A DNA stretch of 64,000 nt from Eledone cirrhosa (GCA_964016885.1 OZ024756.1:21576001-21640000), one strand, 5' to 3'. Positions 1 through 15,902 are shown, counted from the first letter of the stretch. Notes: a model not told the origin generated them from the letters alone. Numbers and translations: made by a program.

Positions 1-195
1 ATGTATGTATATGTATGTATATATGTATATATATACATACACATATATATATGTATATATATATGTATGTATATATATAGCCATATATATATGTATATAT
101 ATATATGTATGTATATATATATATATACACATATATATATGTATATATATATGTATGTATATATATATACACATATATATATGTATATATATATG

Positions 196-282
<87 letters not shown>

Positions 283-632
283 TTATATGTATACATACAT
301 ATATATATATATATATACATACATATATATATTTACATATATATATATATATACATACATATATATATTTACATATATATATATATATACATACATATAT
401 ATATTTACATATATATATATATACATACATATATATATTTACATATATATATATATATACATACATATATATATTTACATATATATATACATACATATAT
501 ATATTTATATATATATATATACATACATATATATATATATATACATACATATATATATATTTATATATATATATACATACATATATATATATACATACAT
601 ATATATATATATATACATACATATATATATAC

Positions 633-680
<48 letters not shown>

Positions 681-706
681 TCATATATATATTTATATAT
701 ATATAC

Positions 707-741
<35 letters not shown>

Positions 742-1373
742 CATATATATATTTATATATATATATACATATATATATTTATATATATATATACATATAT
801 ATATTTATATATATATATTTATATATACATATATATACACATACATATATATATACATATATATATATACATATATATATTTATATATATATATATATAC
901 ATATATATATTTATATATATATATATATACATGTATATACACATACATATATATATTTATATATATATTTATATATATATATATACATATATTTATATAT
1001 ATATATTTATATTTATATATATTTATATATATATTTATATTTATATATATATATATATATTTATATATTTATATATATATATACATATATATATTTATAT
1101 ATATATATACATATATATATTTATATATATATATTTATATATACATATATATACACATACATATATATATACATATATATACACATACATATATATATAT
1201 ACATATATATATTTATATATATATATATATACATATATATATTTATATATATATATATATACATGTATATACACATACATATATATATTTATATATATAT
1301 TTATATATATATATATACATATATTTATATATATATATTTATATTTATATATATTTATATATATATTTATATT

Positions 1374-1430
<57 letters not shown>

Positions 1431-1635
1431 ATATACATATATTTATATATATATTTATACATATATTTATATATATATTTATATATATATTTATATATAT
1501 ATATATATACATATATTTATATATACATTTATACATATATTTATATATATATTTATATATATATTTACATATATATTTATATTTACATATATATTTATAT
1601 TTATATTTACATATATATTTATATATATATATTTA

Positions 1636-1667
<32 letters not shown>

Positions 1668-1684
1668 CACGTGTGCGTGTGTGT

Positions 1685-1740
<56 letters not shown>
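1..1740. repeat. Compound (TA)n/(TACA)/(TTTA) microsatellite ending in (GT)n
   Basis: Direct reading; the long YIYI ORFs here are repeat artefacts. Confidence 0.98.
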
Positions 1741-1741
<1 letters not shown>

Positions 1742-2669
1742 TATTGTTAAACTTTGGATAGCAACCGTTTTTGGAGCTATACCAAATAAGTCTTCATCGC
1801 AACTTTAAAAGGTCATTAGGGAAGAACTAGTGTATGCCACGTCTTGCTAGCAATTCCAGTTCTAGCATTGACTTCGCTATTCTCAAGAGAAAGGAAAGAA
1901 AACTAAGAAGTTCATTAAGTAATGCTTCTTCGATTAAAAGAAATGACCAATATTTATTTCTTCATTCTTCAGAATCTTGACTCTTTGTGTTGCTATATTT
2001 TGTTTGTTTCGTTTCGATAGATTTTATTTTATTATCTGTAAAGTTTTGTTTAGCTTTATTTTATTTTGTTGTCTTTTTTTAAATCATGTCTAAGAACTAA
2101 ACTTGCACCGAAATCTTGGAGAAAGAAACTTGGCAACGATTCGTACTCCACAATTAATAGTGATCTCTTTGGAATCAGAAGTCATGGAGAAAAAAAAAAC
2201 AGTATTATCGAATTTAACGCAAAAACCAATAGCAGCAGAAACAACAACACAAATAGCAACAGAAACAGAAGCATTCCTAACAATAACAGCTAAAACTAAA
2301 ATGGAATTGAAATGAAGAAAGCTATAAGAAGTAGAATAACTAAGAAAAGTAACTAAATATCCAAGTAATCAATCATCTTCACATAACTTTAAACGTCAAG
2401 TACTTATCTGAAATTTACACGGAGATTGAGAGACGCTGGTAAGCTGATCGCTAGTTGCAGGTTTGCCTGTCTCAACTACTTAACATAAATACATATCAAT
2501 ACAGAAACTGTAGAAAATTTAACCAAAGCTCTGTAAATGTGTAATTACATATACCAGAAATATCTTAAGTTTGAGATGTTTATATACAAACTGGGTAGAA
2601 GGAAACTCCCCGTTTAAAATTGTTAATAACTTTAATAATAATTATTGATCGATTTACATAAAACAGTTT

Positions 2670-2960
2670 AACCCGCTACTTTCTCCGTATTGAAAGATCA
2701 CAACTCCGATACTATGGGCATGTGGTTAGAATGCCTCAGGAAAGAATCGTTGGAGAGATTTTACAGGCAAAACCAGTCGGCAAGAAACTTAGAGGTAGTC
2801 CGCGAGCAAGATAACATCCATGAGATTGGCTAGTCACGCTTGGGGATCTAGCCGGATCGGTTGGAAATTGTTGCTTCTGACTGAACCCGCTGGAATGAGT
2901 GTTTGAGGACTCTGCGCCCCTGATTGACCCTCTCAAGAATAAGCGGGTGAAGAAGGGGTT
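2670..2960 (+). mobile_element. RTE-clade LINE 3' remnant
   Basis: Translates as ..RIERSQLRYYGHVVRMPQERIVGEILQAKPVGKKLRGSPRAR*, matching the RTE C-terminal LRW.GHV.RM...RGRPR.RW pattern; contains stops; related to 6030-6660 and 57225-58010. Confidence 0.8.
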
Positions 2961-3568
2961 TTGATTTTAACAGTTTAACGGTGGAAGCTTAGTTCAGTTT
3001 TAAAATTCCAAATAAGCACTAGCGTTGTCCACCAGTGTTTGTAATCCTCCGGGTATATCCTTGACTGGCTTCGTCAGGAACTCAGACTTCCTCCAGTTGC
3101 ATCAGCGTTTTATGTTTTGAGCTATAAAATTCTTCTTTCCAGGAGAAAACATTGCATGGTGTTAAGTTTGGGCTTCTTGCTGGCAAATCATGTGGACCGC
3201 CACAACACAACTAACGTGTTGGAAGTTAGACATCAAGCCACTTCACGGATAGTGTGCGGAAAATGAGGAGGGAGCCCATCTCGTATGACTATGTGGTCAT
3301 TGATTTTGTTCCAAGTGGTCACAGTATGCCAACAGTTATAATTAATTTTCAATGATTAAACATACCGTATTTCTTTAGAAATAAGAAATTTCAATACATA
3401 TCTGTATACAGCTATGCCTGAAGCTAAATTTTAATTCTATTCTATTATAGGTTGAGCTAACTTATACAGCTTCTTATGCAAATGAGATTAATCACCTCAT
3501 TTACACAGACGAGAAAACCATAAATTTTCGCATGTTTTCAAGTCCAGCAGTTGCAAGAGTGGGAGGGA

Positions 3569-3612
3569 TCGTCCTGATGAGAACCAGTTCAGTTCGAAAG
3601 GCGCATAGACGG
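3569..3612 (+). ncRNA. Minimal type I hammerhead ribozyme motif (slightly degenerate)
   Basis: tcgtc-CTGATGA-gaac cagttca gttc-GAAA-ggcgca-TA-gacgg; stems I and II pair, stem III has a mismatch. Confidence 0.6.
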
Positions 3613-3634
3613 TTGTCTCCCTTGTTTCTGCTGG

Positions 3635-3667
<33 letters not shown>

Positions 3668-4039
3668 CATGCATCGTTTTTGTAAGAGGATAAGGGGCGA
3701 GAGAAACGTGCTAATCTTTAGTAAATATGCATGACGCTCCCAAAGTATAACAATATATACCAGAAATATCTTAAGGCGTGATATGTTTATGTATCCCTCC
3801 GTTGACTGAATCCGTTTGCTTATTCGACAACTTAATATTTCACTATTCATCAGCTGTAATTTCGATAAATTTCGCATTGCAATGTACCTTTGCAATCCTA
3901 AAGTTACGGGCCAGAGAAAGAAATTAAGAAATTAAATCCTCGACAGTTTATAGACCACGTTATAAAATATACAGGTATTTTTGTTTAGCCATAATTTCAC
4001 GTTGATCAAGTACACTCAGTTGAGAGTGAGTCCTAGTAA

Positions 4040-4130
4040 TTGCTGAGGAGTTAAACCTTTAGTAGACCGGCGTCCTGTCCAGGGAGTGCTTTGTACTCTC
4101 AATCATTTAACGCCAAGGAAACCGGAGATA
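4040..4130 (+). mobile_element. Old SINE fragment resembling a V-SINE-like core
   Basis: gaccggcgtcctgtccaggg...gaaaccgg; recognition from memory only. Confidence 0.3.
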
Positions 4131-4179
4131 ATACATTGGCCACATTCCTAGAGAATCTCAACCATTACAACTTCACAGA

Positions 4180-4660
4180 GTACTTTTCTTTCTTTCTTTC
4201 TCTCTTTTTTATTTCTTTCATTTTTTCTTTCTTTCATTTTTTCTTCCTTTTTTCTTTCATTTTTCTTTCTATTTTCTTCTTTTTTCTTTCTTTATTCTTT
4301 CTTTTTTTTCTTTCTTTGGTTTTTTTCTTTTGTTTTTTCTTTCTTTTTTTTCTTTCTTTGTTTTTTCTTTGTTTCTTTTTTCTTTTTTCCTTTTTCTTTT
4401 CCTTTTCCTTTCTTTCTTTCCTCTTTCTTTCTTTCTTTTTCTCTCTTTCTTTTTCTCTTTTTCTCTCTTTCTTTTTCTCTCTGTCTTTTTCTCTCTTTCT
4501 TTTTCTTTCTTTCTTTTTCTCTTTCTCTTTTTCTTTTTCTCTCTTTCTTTTTCTCTTTCTCTCTTTCTTTTTCTTTCTTTTTCTCTCTTTCTTTTTCTCT
4601 TTTTCTCTTTTTCTCTTTCTGTTTCATATTTTATTTAATTTTTCTATTTTTTTTCTATTT
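4180..4660. repeat. Polypyrimidine (CTTT/CT) low-complexity tract
   Basis: Direct reading. Confidence 0.95.
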
Positions 4661-5117
4661 TTTATCACAAGGAAACGTTTAATATCTATATTTATAGACT
4701 ATCATTCTATATCCAACATGAGTATCAACTTAATCTGCAGATGCTACCCTAGATGATACTTTAGATTATAGAAATCCAAATAGATATCTACTATGTATAA
4801 ATATAAATATAATATGCATGAATGAAACCATACAAGACTCAGTAAGTAACGGCAATAATATTGAACCAATTTCCCGACAGGGAAACATTTAATCATTTTG
4901 CAAACAAATGTAAGAACACCTTGAGAAAAAAAGAAAAAAAGATCGAAAAGAAATAAAATGCGAATTAATTTGGAACCACCCCAACTAAGAAGTAGATCTA
5001 TAAAAATATATACTTCCTTCCATATAACATGAGCGTAACATACACTAGATTAAGCAGTGTTTGTCAATGAAATAAACTGTTTCACTACCAGCCATAAATA
5101 CAAACATTTTAATAAGT

Positions 5118-5270
5118 ATAATTGTTTTTACGTTTGACACAAGGCCAGCAATTATATCAGTGTATTACTGGTGCTCTATTTTATCGACCCCGTAAGGATG
5201 AAAGGCAAAGTTAATCTCGATGGGATTTGAACTCAGACCATAAAGGACCGTAACTCTTTGCTGCAAAACA
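5118..5270 (-). mobile_element. tRNA-derived SINE family 1 (partial)
   Basis: Reverse complement of the B box GAGTTCAAATCCC plus core TTTGCCTTTCATCCTTACGGGGTCGATAAAA and tail GGCCTTGTG..AAACAATTAT. Confidence 0.85.
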
Positions 5271-5416
5271 AATTTTAATAAGTATAATATAAAGTAACAT
5301 GTCCTGTTCTAACAATTATACCATGATAAAAAGTTCTAACATTAAATAATTTACCTGAATGTAATTAAAGCGGCATCCTATCTATTTTATTTAATGACTC
5401 ATTCATGTTTGTATTG

Positions 5417-5820
5417 TCGGTGAATTAGCAGAGTAGTTAGAACGTCGGATAGTGTTTTGTAGTGTTCGTTTCGAGTCTCTACTCTGTGAGTTCAAATTTC
5501 ACCGAGGTCAACTTTGCCTTTCATCCTTCCGAGGTCGATAAAAATGTACCAGTCTAGTACTGGGGTCATTTCCCCCTCTATATTACTTTCTCACTTCCAT
5601 TCTCTCACCCTCCCTCTCTCTCTCTCTCTCCTTCTCTGGGGCAAATATACTGTAGTCAGACTTGGAAGGGGAATGGGGCCCGAAAAGTTTTAAAATATGT
5701 CCTAGAAATGCCGTATGTTAATACGACGCCCATTCGACTTCCTTGGTATTTACGGGATCATATTTGCATACGATATGTTTGTGTGCAGCATTAAAGAAAG
5801 TACCATCTACTAATTGCACT
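5417..5820 (+). mobile_element. Extended SINE-1 subfamily (SINE head/core plus ~250 bp 3' extension), copy 1
   Basis: B box and core, followed by a tail (..aaatatactgtagtcaga..ttacgggatcata) shared with 7992-8380 and 9030-9380. Confidence 0.7.
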
Positions 5821-6029
5821 GAAATGAACGATAGCCGGAGCAATAAAACACGTTCAGAAGTAGCGATGCAGAGTATATTCATAGGTTCTAATTCTCTCTC
5901 ACAATGTCACGAAATTAAAAGACTGGAATTTAAACCATTACTCTAAGCTGAAGTATTACTAAGGCTGAATCTTCATATTCCGACGGAACAATGAGATGTA
6001 ACCTTTGTCTAAACGAAAAATTGAACTTA

Positions 6030-6660
6030 CCGAGGCAATAAAAGGAAGCCAAAGACATTTCAATACGCAGGCATATGACTACCTACTCGAAACACTCCAT
6101 AACAAAACCAAATGGATATGCGGCACATAATCACCCGTATGTACCATTAACAACGGCTAACGTGCAATAGGAAAATAAGGAGGTGGGTGTAAAAGCCAAA
6201 CTCGTTAACTTCAATTCGGTATTCGTGCAAACCCTTACCTATTGTCATGAATCTAGGGTAATGATCGAAAGAATACGATCGCGAATACAAGCGGCCGACA
6301 TGGGGTTCCTCCGAAGAGTTTTTGGAGTAACGTTACTTGATTGAGTGCGTAGCTCTGTGAGATAAGAGAGTTACTCAAATAGAGCCGCTACTTCTCCGAA
6401 TTGAGAGATCACTGCTCCAATACTATGGGCATGTTGTCAGAATGTCGCAGGAACGAATCACTGGACAGAATCACTGGACAGATTTTACGGAGACCCCAAG
6501 CAAGTGGTTGGATAACATCCTTGAGCTTGGCTGGTCCCGCTTGGGGATCCAGCCGAATCAGTTGGTTACGGTTGATTCTGACAGGACCAGCTGGAAGGAA
6601 TATATGAGGACTCTGCCCCCACGGCCCTCCCAGGAATAAGTAGGTGATGAAGAAAAATAA
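6030..6660 (+). mobile_element. RTE-clade LINE 3' fragment, degenerate
   Basis: Reads KAKLVNFNSVFVQTLTYCHES..RSRIQAADMGFLRRVFGVTLLD..RS...LLRIERSLLQYYGHVVRMSQERI; RTE thumb/C-terminal motifs with stops and frameshifts. Confidence 0.85.
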
Positions 6661-7991
6661 GCATTGACGCCTATATTGCAGATCATACAGGATCTAGCTA
6701 GCAATTCTTATATAGTATCAATTATACATACGCTGTAGCAATGACAATACCGCAAGTACAAAATATCATCTCCATTATAGGGAACATGTGAATCCACGTT
6801 GCTGCACATCCAAGTACTAAACAACTATATCTGCGTTAATATAACTAATGAAAAACTCATATTTAATTGTCACGAAGCATCGTTCATGGATCGTCAAACA
6901 ATTTTTTTCATATCTTTTCCGGTCGTCTGAGTCTGAGCGATCACACACACACAGCAAGATACTAACCTGAACTATGAAATGTGGCATAATCTTTAGAAGA
7001 TTAACTAAGCTTCACTACAATGATGGTGCCCCAGCATGGCCTCAGTATATCGGTTTGAGTGATAGAGTACACGTATATAGAGTACACGTATTAAATATTA
7101 AGTCTATAAAGATACACACGCATACACATCCATCTACGAAGACACACACATAAACAAACTCATACTCCCTCCCACCCCATAAAAGTACGTTCTCATTCAG
7201 TGTGCTACGTATATTTAACTATTTCTTTTTCCATTCGCAATTAAATAAAATTATTTCCTAAAATATAAAAATTTTCTGCTTTTAAAATTTTACTATTTTC
7301 AAAATTTTACTATTTTCAAAATTTTACTATTTTCAAAACGTCAATCTTGGTAATTTTTTGAGGTTTTGACTTTTAAGATTTTTACTTAAAATATTTTAAG
7401 ATAACTTTCAAAATATCTTTATGAACAGATTATGCGAGTTGCCAATATTTTCTTAATGTGAATCGATTTTTGTTTCTTTTCTTTCTTCGTTCTGTGTGTG
7501 TGTGTGTGTGTGTTTTCGACATCATATATGTTTCTTATGCGTGTATGTATGTGTGTTTTTGTGCGTGTAAATGTCAGTGTGCGGGCCATTATAATGATAT
7601 ATGTTCACGAATATGACGAAGCTCAATGAACCATTTTCGTTTCAGAAATGTGTATGATTTATGTATAAATATAAATATTGAAGTAAACTCACTATTACAC
7701 ACACACACACATACACACACACAAGAGCACCTCGTCCCACATACACACATGCACACGCACACACCAACATATATATTTAGAAACGCAATTGAGAAAAGAT
7801 CACTAAATACATGTGGTAGAGATTATTTAGTCGAGTAAACTGGAGAATTCATTCAATTGCTGCTCAAACTGAAATAATTCTTAATGGAGAGATTACGTTC
7901 CTGGCTATGATGGTCAAAATACTCACGTTGAAGCTAGGGCTAAACCAATTCATTTCATCTTCTCGTATTTGCTAACACATATGTGCTTTTA

Positions 7992-8380
7992 GTCGGCAAA
8001 TTTGCAGAGTTGTTAGATCGTCGGATAGAATTCTTTGCGATATTCCTACTTTCAGCTTTCTGAGTTCAAATCTCACCGAGGTTAAATTTGTCTTTCATCC
8101 TATCGAGGTCGATAAAAAATACCAGTCTAGTACTGGGGTAGGTTCGTGCTCTATATCTTTTACCCACTTCTTTTTTCTTTCACATTCTATCCTTCTTTGG
8201 AAGAAATCTGCTGTATTCAGACATGGAAAGGAGATGGGTTCAGTGAGGTTTAAAATGCCTAAGAAAGACCGTATACCACTTACCGTATACAGATCCATTA
8301 CGACTCGATTAGGAGTTACGGGACCATACCATATGTTTCTATGTAAGCAGGGTTAATCTTTGCGTACTAATTTCTCGTTA
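7992..8380 (+). mobile_element. Extended SINE-1 subfamily, copy 2
   Basis: tgagttcaaatctcaccgaggtt..tttcatcctatcgaggtcgataaaaaataccagt plus shared tail aaatctgctgtattcaga..gagttacgggaccata. Confidence 0.7.
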
Positions 8381-9029
8381 AACGACTTCTTTTTATTTCG
8401 TTGTTGAGAGTATGTCTATTTTGTAATCATGCAAACTCAACGGCATGTAGAGTTCTGGTGATGATCTGGGCAAATCATGATTGTAAGCCCTAAAAACTCA
8501 AGTATAAAGCCTAATATAATGGCAAATATTACGAGAAAGGAAAATATCTTGAATATATAAACACAGATGAAACATGAAATAAACGCTTTATTTAATTTTA
8601 ATATAAATCAATCATATTTATTAAGCTCTTTTCCCCAAATGATGTCCCCATCCAAAGAATGTCCGGGGCCAACGCACCTCTCTCTGCATGCTACTGTAAA
8701 CTAAAGATATCCTTGAGTTTAGCTGGCTGTTGATTGGAGCTATTCCGTACGTATATATGGGGGCTTCCATTCGCCTTCCTATAGGGGTGATATTTGCCAG
8801 TGGTCAGAACTAGTGTGATCACGTAAATGCAAACCATTCTTATAGTTTTGACCGTTGAGTTTAGAGATAATTGCTAAATCATCACTTGCTGGCAGTCTGG
8901 AGCTAGTATCTGCCACTACGTTGAAGATCCCCATGGAATCACCAAATAATAGGATACTCTCCTTTTTGAAGGATAATGAAGTAAAAGTATTATTCGAATT
9001 CCAATGTCAAAATGATTAATAGTGAATGT

Positions 9030-9380
9030 AGCGAACTGGCTGGCAGAGTCGTTAGAATGTCAAATATATTGCTTTGCAGTATTCGTTTCGGCTCTCTGCT
9101 CTGTCATTTCAAATTCCGTTGAGGCCAACGGTACCTTTCATCCATTCAGGGTTGATAAAACAATACCAGTAAAGGACTGGCGTCGATTCTTCCTCTATAT
9201 CCCTTTCTCACCTCCATTCTCTCACTAACTATCATTCTCTGGAACAAATCTGCTGTATTCAGAATTGGAGAAGAGATGAGCTCCGTCAGGTTAAAAAACA
9301 ATACCCTAGAAACCCCGTGAGTCAATGCGGGGCCCCTAAGACTCCTTCATGAGTTACGGGACCATAGATACGTACAACTA
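9030..9380 (+). mobile_element. Extended SINE-1 subfamily, copy 3
   Basis: Diverged core cctttcatccattcagggttgataaaacaataccagt plus shared tail aaatctgctgtattcaga..gagttacgggaccata. Confidence 0.65.
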
Positions 9381-9538
9381 ATAGTAGATAATATATTACG
9401 TAATTTCAGTATATTATCTGCACTAAGTTCTTGTAACTATGTTGCACATTAATGGATTATGAAAGAAAAAAAATCAAACATTTCTCTCTTTTTTAACATG
9501 CTGTCAGATTTATGTACACAAAAGTTACACTAATGTTT

Positions 9539-9958
9539 CACTTTTGTATAACAACATATCACCATAACACACTTTTGTATAACAACATATCACCATGATA
9601 CACTTTTGTATAACAACATATCACCATGATACACTTTTGTATAACAACATATCACCATGACACACTTTTGTATAACAACATATCACCATGACACACTTTT
9701 GTATAACAACATATCACCATGATACACTTTTGTATAGCAACATAACACCATAACATACTAACATACGTTTGTATAAGGACATATCAGCATGACACACTTT
9801 TGTATAGGAAAATATCACCATGAGAGACTTTTGTATAGGAACATATCACCATGACACACTTTTGTATAGGAACATATTAACATGACACACTTTTGTATAG
9901 CAACATATCACCATGACACACTTTTGTATAGCAACATAACACCATAACACACTTTTGA
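9539..9958. repeat. 31-bp minisatellite, ~13 copies
   Basis: Unit CACTTTTGTATAACAACATATCACCATGACA; anchors at 9541, 9572, 9603. Confidence 0.95.
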
Positions 9959-10677
9959 CGTATTTACTATGAAGATATTTTAATTATTTAAGTTTAGCCA
10001 GATTCATACGTCCCAGCCATGACTATCACACCGGTATAATTATTGCAATCAGGGTCAAAGGTTTAAGAAAAAAATATCACGTGTTAAATAACAAGCCAAT
10101 ATATTTCTAAAGGAAAACAACAAAATGGAGTCCATTTACCGCTTCATTCAGTAGAACAGTTTTAGAAATTTAATCTGAAATAAAGTATTATTTATTGAAG
10201 AAAATTCCCCACTCAATTAAAAATAAGATTAAATTACACGAAAATCTGAAATTCGTTATTCTGTATTTCACTGAAGTACTAAAACTAACTTGAAAACATT
10301 TGACTCCGTTGATATCAGTTATTTACAAACGGAAGTAAACAGAATGCGTTTGTTTTGCAGCATATTAAATAAATGTTAAAATGTATAAAGTGTTTCATCA
10401 GGTTCTGACGGAAAATAAAATCTCTTATACAAATAACCGATCAATTTACTGAAGTTTTACGCTAAGCGGTTCTGAATTTTATGAAAAAGGTGTGCAATTA
10501 ATTGATTTATCTATTGACATTTCAATAACTTAAACGCCTTAACGCTAAATGGAAGACACGCGCGCCCGTACGTGGTTTTAAACAATGATTTGTGAGTGAA
10601 ATTTTGGTAAACGCTAACTGTAGTGAAGCCCGTCGTATGTGTATGTATGCATATATATATATATATATATATATATA

Positions 10678-10789
10678 ACGAAGGAATTGTGGTAAGGAAC
10701 CAGATGGACCATAACGCACCAGAGTACTCAATACTTAGGGTAGTAGAGTTGGTAATAGGAAAAAGTATGACCCCGACGGCAGAGCTCAA
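10678..10789 (-). mobile_element. Family A short (TA)n-anchored element, truncated inside hammerhead stem III
   Basis: acgaaggaattgtggtaaggaaccagatggaccataacgcacc..gaccccgacggcagagctcaa, with (TA)n on both sides; homologous copies at 27.6, 32.2-32.6, 34.9 and 60.1-60.5 kb. Confidence 0.85.
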
Positions 10790-10806
10790 TATATATATAT
10801 ATATAT

Positions 10807-11200
10807 AATAATTGTTTCTACGTTTGGCACAAGGCCAGCAATTACCCAGTGCATTACTGGTACTTTATTTTATCGACCGCGTAAGGATGAAGGGCAAAGT
10901 TAACCTCGGCGGGATTTGAACTCAGAATGGCAAGGGCCGTAACTCTATACGTCAAAGCATGGCGTCCGACCCTCTACCGATACTGCCAATCCACCGCCAA
11001 TAATAACAATTGTTTCTACTTTTGGCACACAGCCAGCAATTATCAGTACATTACTGGTACTATATTTTATCGGTCTCGTAACTTTGCCTTTCATCCTTAC
11101 TGGGTCGATAAAATTAAAGTACCAGTAATACACTGGGGTCGATTTAATCGACTTTCCCCTCCCCCAAAATTGCTGGCCTAGTGCCTATTTAAGAAATCAT
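10807..11200. mobile_element. Two SINE-1 copies: a full minus copy (10807-11000) and an internally inverted copy (11005-11200)
   Basis: A-box-like TGGCAGTATCGGTAG and B box GAGTTCAAATCCC on minus; the second copy has an inverted tail joined to a plus-strand core at ~11075. Confidence 0.85.
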
Positions 11201-11235
11201 TATTATTATTATATATTATATATTATATATATTAT

Positions 11236-11270
<35 letters not shown>

Positions 11271-11332
11271 GCACATAACTCTTTGTTGGAAACGTGGCGA
11301 TACCATCTGTATAGTTCATAGTAAATGTCATA

Positions 11333-11509
11333 TACCGTGTTTCCCGGCGCCGAAGACGCTTCGTTCTCGAGGACGCACCCTAATTTTGAGAACCAAAAAT
11401 TTGAAAAAAAAAAAAAATATAAACAACCTTCGGCCTCCATGACGCATGGTAAGGTTTTGAGTCTTATTTGAGGAAAAAAGTAGTGTCTTTGACGCCGGGA
11501 AATACGGTA
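11333..11509. mobile_element. MITE, Tc1/mariner-pogo type
   Basis: TIRs TA-CCGTGTTTCCCGGCGCCGAAGACGC / GTGTCTTTGACGCCGGGAAATACGG-TA with a TA target duplication; non-coding interior. Confidence 0.85.
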
Positions 11510-11845
11510 CTTAACATGTGTTTCTGACTAGAACTCTTCACGAAATATGACCATTTTTCGTAAAGTAACGTTTATTTCCTTTAATTGTCTTTTCTTGCAC
11601 CGGACACAAGAGGCTAGTTTTAGAATGGCTTCTAATGGTGGCCGTAACTGGACCTCAAAATCTAAGGTGGCGTCTACATGTTAAGTTTATGAAATTTAAT
11701 TCAAAGCTAAATACGATCTACTGTTCTAGATTGAGCATTGATTTCCTCGGCCTTTTATCTACGGATATCATGGAAACACCCAAACGCGCGCGCGCCCTCG
11801 CACGCACGCACGCACGCACACGCACACACGCACACACGCACACAC

Positions 11846-11919
<74 letters not shown>

Positions 11920-11921
<2 letters not shown>

Positions 11922-12390
11922 TGGTATACTTTGGTAGGGTCATGCTGCCAATAAAAACACACGCCCTGTTGTTCTCACTTCGATTTATCATACATTTCCA
12001 GTTGGTTGGTTGGTTCGATAACTGAAAGGTTGCTTATATATTTTCAAAGCTCTTTCGTCACACATTCTGTGGATTCCTCAGTGACTAGGTCTTTATTTTG
12101 TGTCTCTCCTTTGTTCTGTCCTACACCACCTTGTTTTTGAGTGTTGTGAGCTTAGTTTGCGTATGCGTTACATCCGTCTGTGTGTGTGTGTATGTGTGTG
12201 CGTGTGTGTGTTTATTTACTTGTCACTAGTTGGTAGGTTGTTCTATCTGTGTGAGTCTGATTTGTGTGTGTTTTTATTGGCAGCATGACCCCCCCCCCCC
12301 CCCCCCCCCCAAAGTATAACAATATCTGTTTCAACACACGTTTTCAGATAAGAAATCTCTCTCGCAAAACAAATTCAGAAACGAATTATA
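11920..12390 (-). mobile_element. Solo pseudo-LTR of the Penelope-like family at 28.8-30.8 kb, with inverted duplication of the terminal segment
   Basis: 11990-12255 is the reverse complement of 30300-30630, including a degenerate HHR (CTGAGGA..tgtgtgacGAAA at 12043-12086); ttattggcagcatgacc..caaagtata occurs inverted at 11925-11965 and direct at 12265-12390 (cf. 30695-30800). Confidence 0.8.
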
Positions 12391-12501
12391 TATATATATA
12401 TTATATATATGCAGAAGTTATATTTAATTTGTTGGGATTCAACAAGCTTAAAAGTTTTATAACTGATATAAAGCACTCAACAAGTTACTGGACCAAATAT
12501 T

Positions 12502-12841
12502 CAATATATTAATAAATGGAAACTATATTTATAAAACCCTAATTATTTTATTATATATATTTCAAGGGCAACCAAGGCAGTTTTGGTGCGCTTTCATCAG
12601 ATAAAATACAAAATTTGTTTTATAAATGTTGACATACCCTTAGAAAAACAACCGTGACGGTTGAAGGCTCGCAAACCTTCAACCGTCAAGATTGTTTTTC
12701 TAAGGGTATGTCAACATTTATAAAACAAATTTTGTATTTTATCTGATGAAAGCGCACCAAAACTGCCTTGGTTGCCCTTGAAATATATATAATAAAATAA
12801 TTAGGGTTTTATAAATATAGTTTCCATTTATTAATATATTG
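12502..12841. repeat. ~340-bp near-perfect palindrome (arms ~165 bp)
   Basis: caatatattaataaatggaaac...tgacggttgaagg / ccttcaaccgtca...gtttccatttattaatatattg; the outer arm is homologous to 32830-32990. Confidence 0.95.
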
Positions 12842-13599
12842 TGTATATATATATATATATATTCTGTATAATATATATTTTTTCTCTGAAGAAATTGTCC
12901 ACCGTTAAAAGTACTCATCGGTGTGAAATCAATTCATTTCATTAGCAGACGGTTCCGTTGGTCGAACAACTAGGACACAGATTATCGAAACCTATTGCCC
13001 TGTGTGGAGATACGGGTGGTAACACATGATGATAGGTGCGCATCTAATCCAGGGCCTTCTCACTGATGTTGGAGGAACCCCTTTCTCGTTGACATTCATC
13101 GCTTTCTGTTTGGTTTTGGGCATGTCAAGAATGTAGTCGTACTCCCCACGCTTGACCAATTGCAGTTTGGTGAAGCCATTTAACCCATACTTTGGGAGTG
13201 GATTGCCGCTGACTCTGAGGAGTTCATCTGCTTATTTATTTGTACTGCTGGGATATCGCTTACCCTCCTAACCAAACCAGGGTCTTTAGGGGGAGCTGGT
13301 CTAGTTTCCAACCAGTTTCTACTGGATTTATGGTACCAGAAGCAGGTAGTAGACATAAGCCTGGCCTGACCAAGATTCAATGTACTACTAGGTTTCTCAT
13401 TGTCACTACGGCGCCTATCAGGAGTTACACGTCCATACATACAATTACTATGATTATAGCACAAATTAATCCGACGAACTAGTCTTCAGTGAGCTCACAA
13501 TTTTAATATTAAATATATTAATTAAATCTCACGTAATTTCTTCAATACTTCATTATTCTAATTAATTTAAATATTAATTTCCCATCTCTCTCTCTTTCT

Positions 13600-15573
<1,974 letters not shown>

Positions 15574-15599
15574 TATTTACGTATCGAGAGAGAGAAAAA

Positions 15600-15870
15600 A
15601 AAGGGGAGGATAGATGATACATATAGTTATTTGCCAAGTGGCGTATGCCAAAGATGCTCGATACTAATGCCGGCAGTATTAAATATTCGAAGTGTTAATA
15701 TTTAGTGGGCTAGAGAGTTAGCATAGCAGAGCGTAAGCACGTGGAAAAGTAAGAAATCGGAGAATAGACCGTTAAAACATGTTTATTTAAAACAGCACCT
15801 GCGTACGTTTCGCCCAGTTGGGCTTCTCAAGGACATAAATAACCAAAAGTGTTCCTTACATTGCTCGGAA

Positions 15871-15902
<32 letters not shown>

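Noticed and set aside
1-1808. 500+ aa [12 protein letters not shown] ORFs here and at 30.6-31.8, 43-44.5 and 48-53.7 kb
   Set aside because: Translations of dinucleotide microsatellites, open in several frames on both strands
12890-13480. Unique stretch with a faint Helitron-like peptide (ADELLRVSGNPLPKYGL) on minus
   Set aside because: Too short and degenerate to support; no Rep or helicase motifs found
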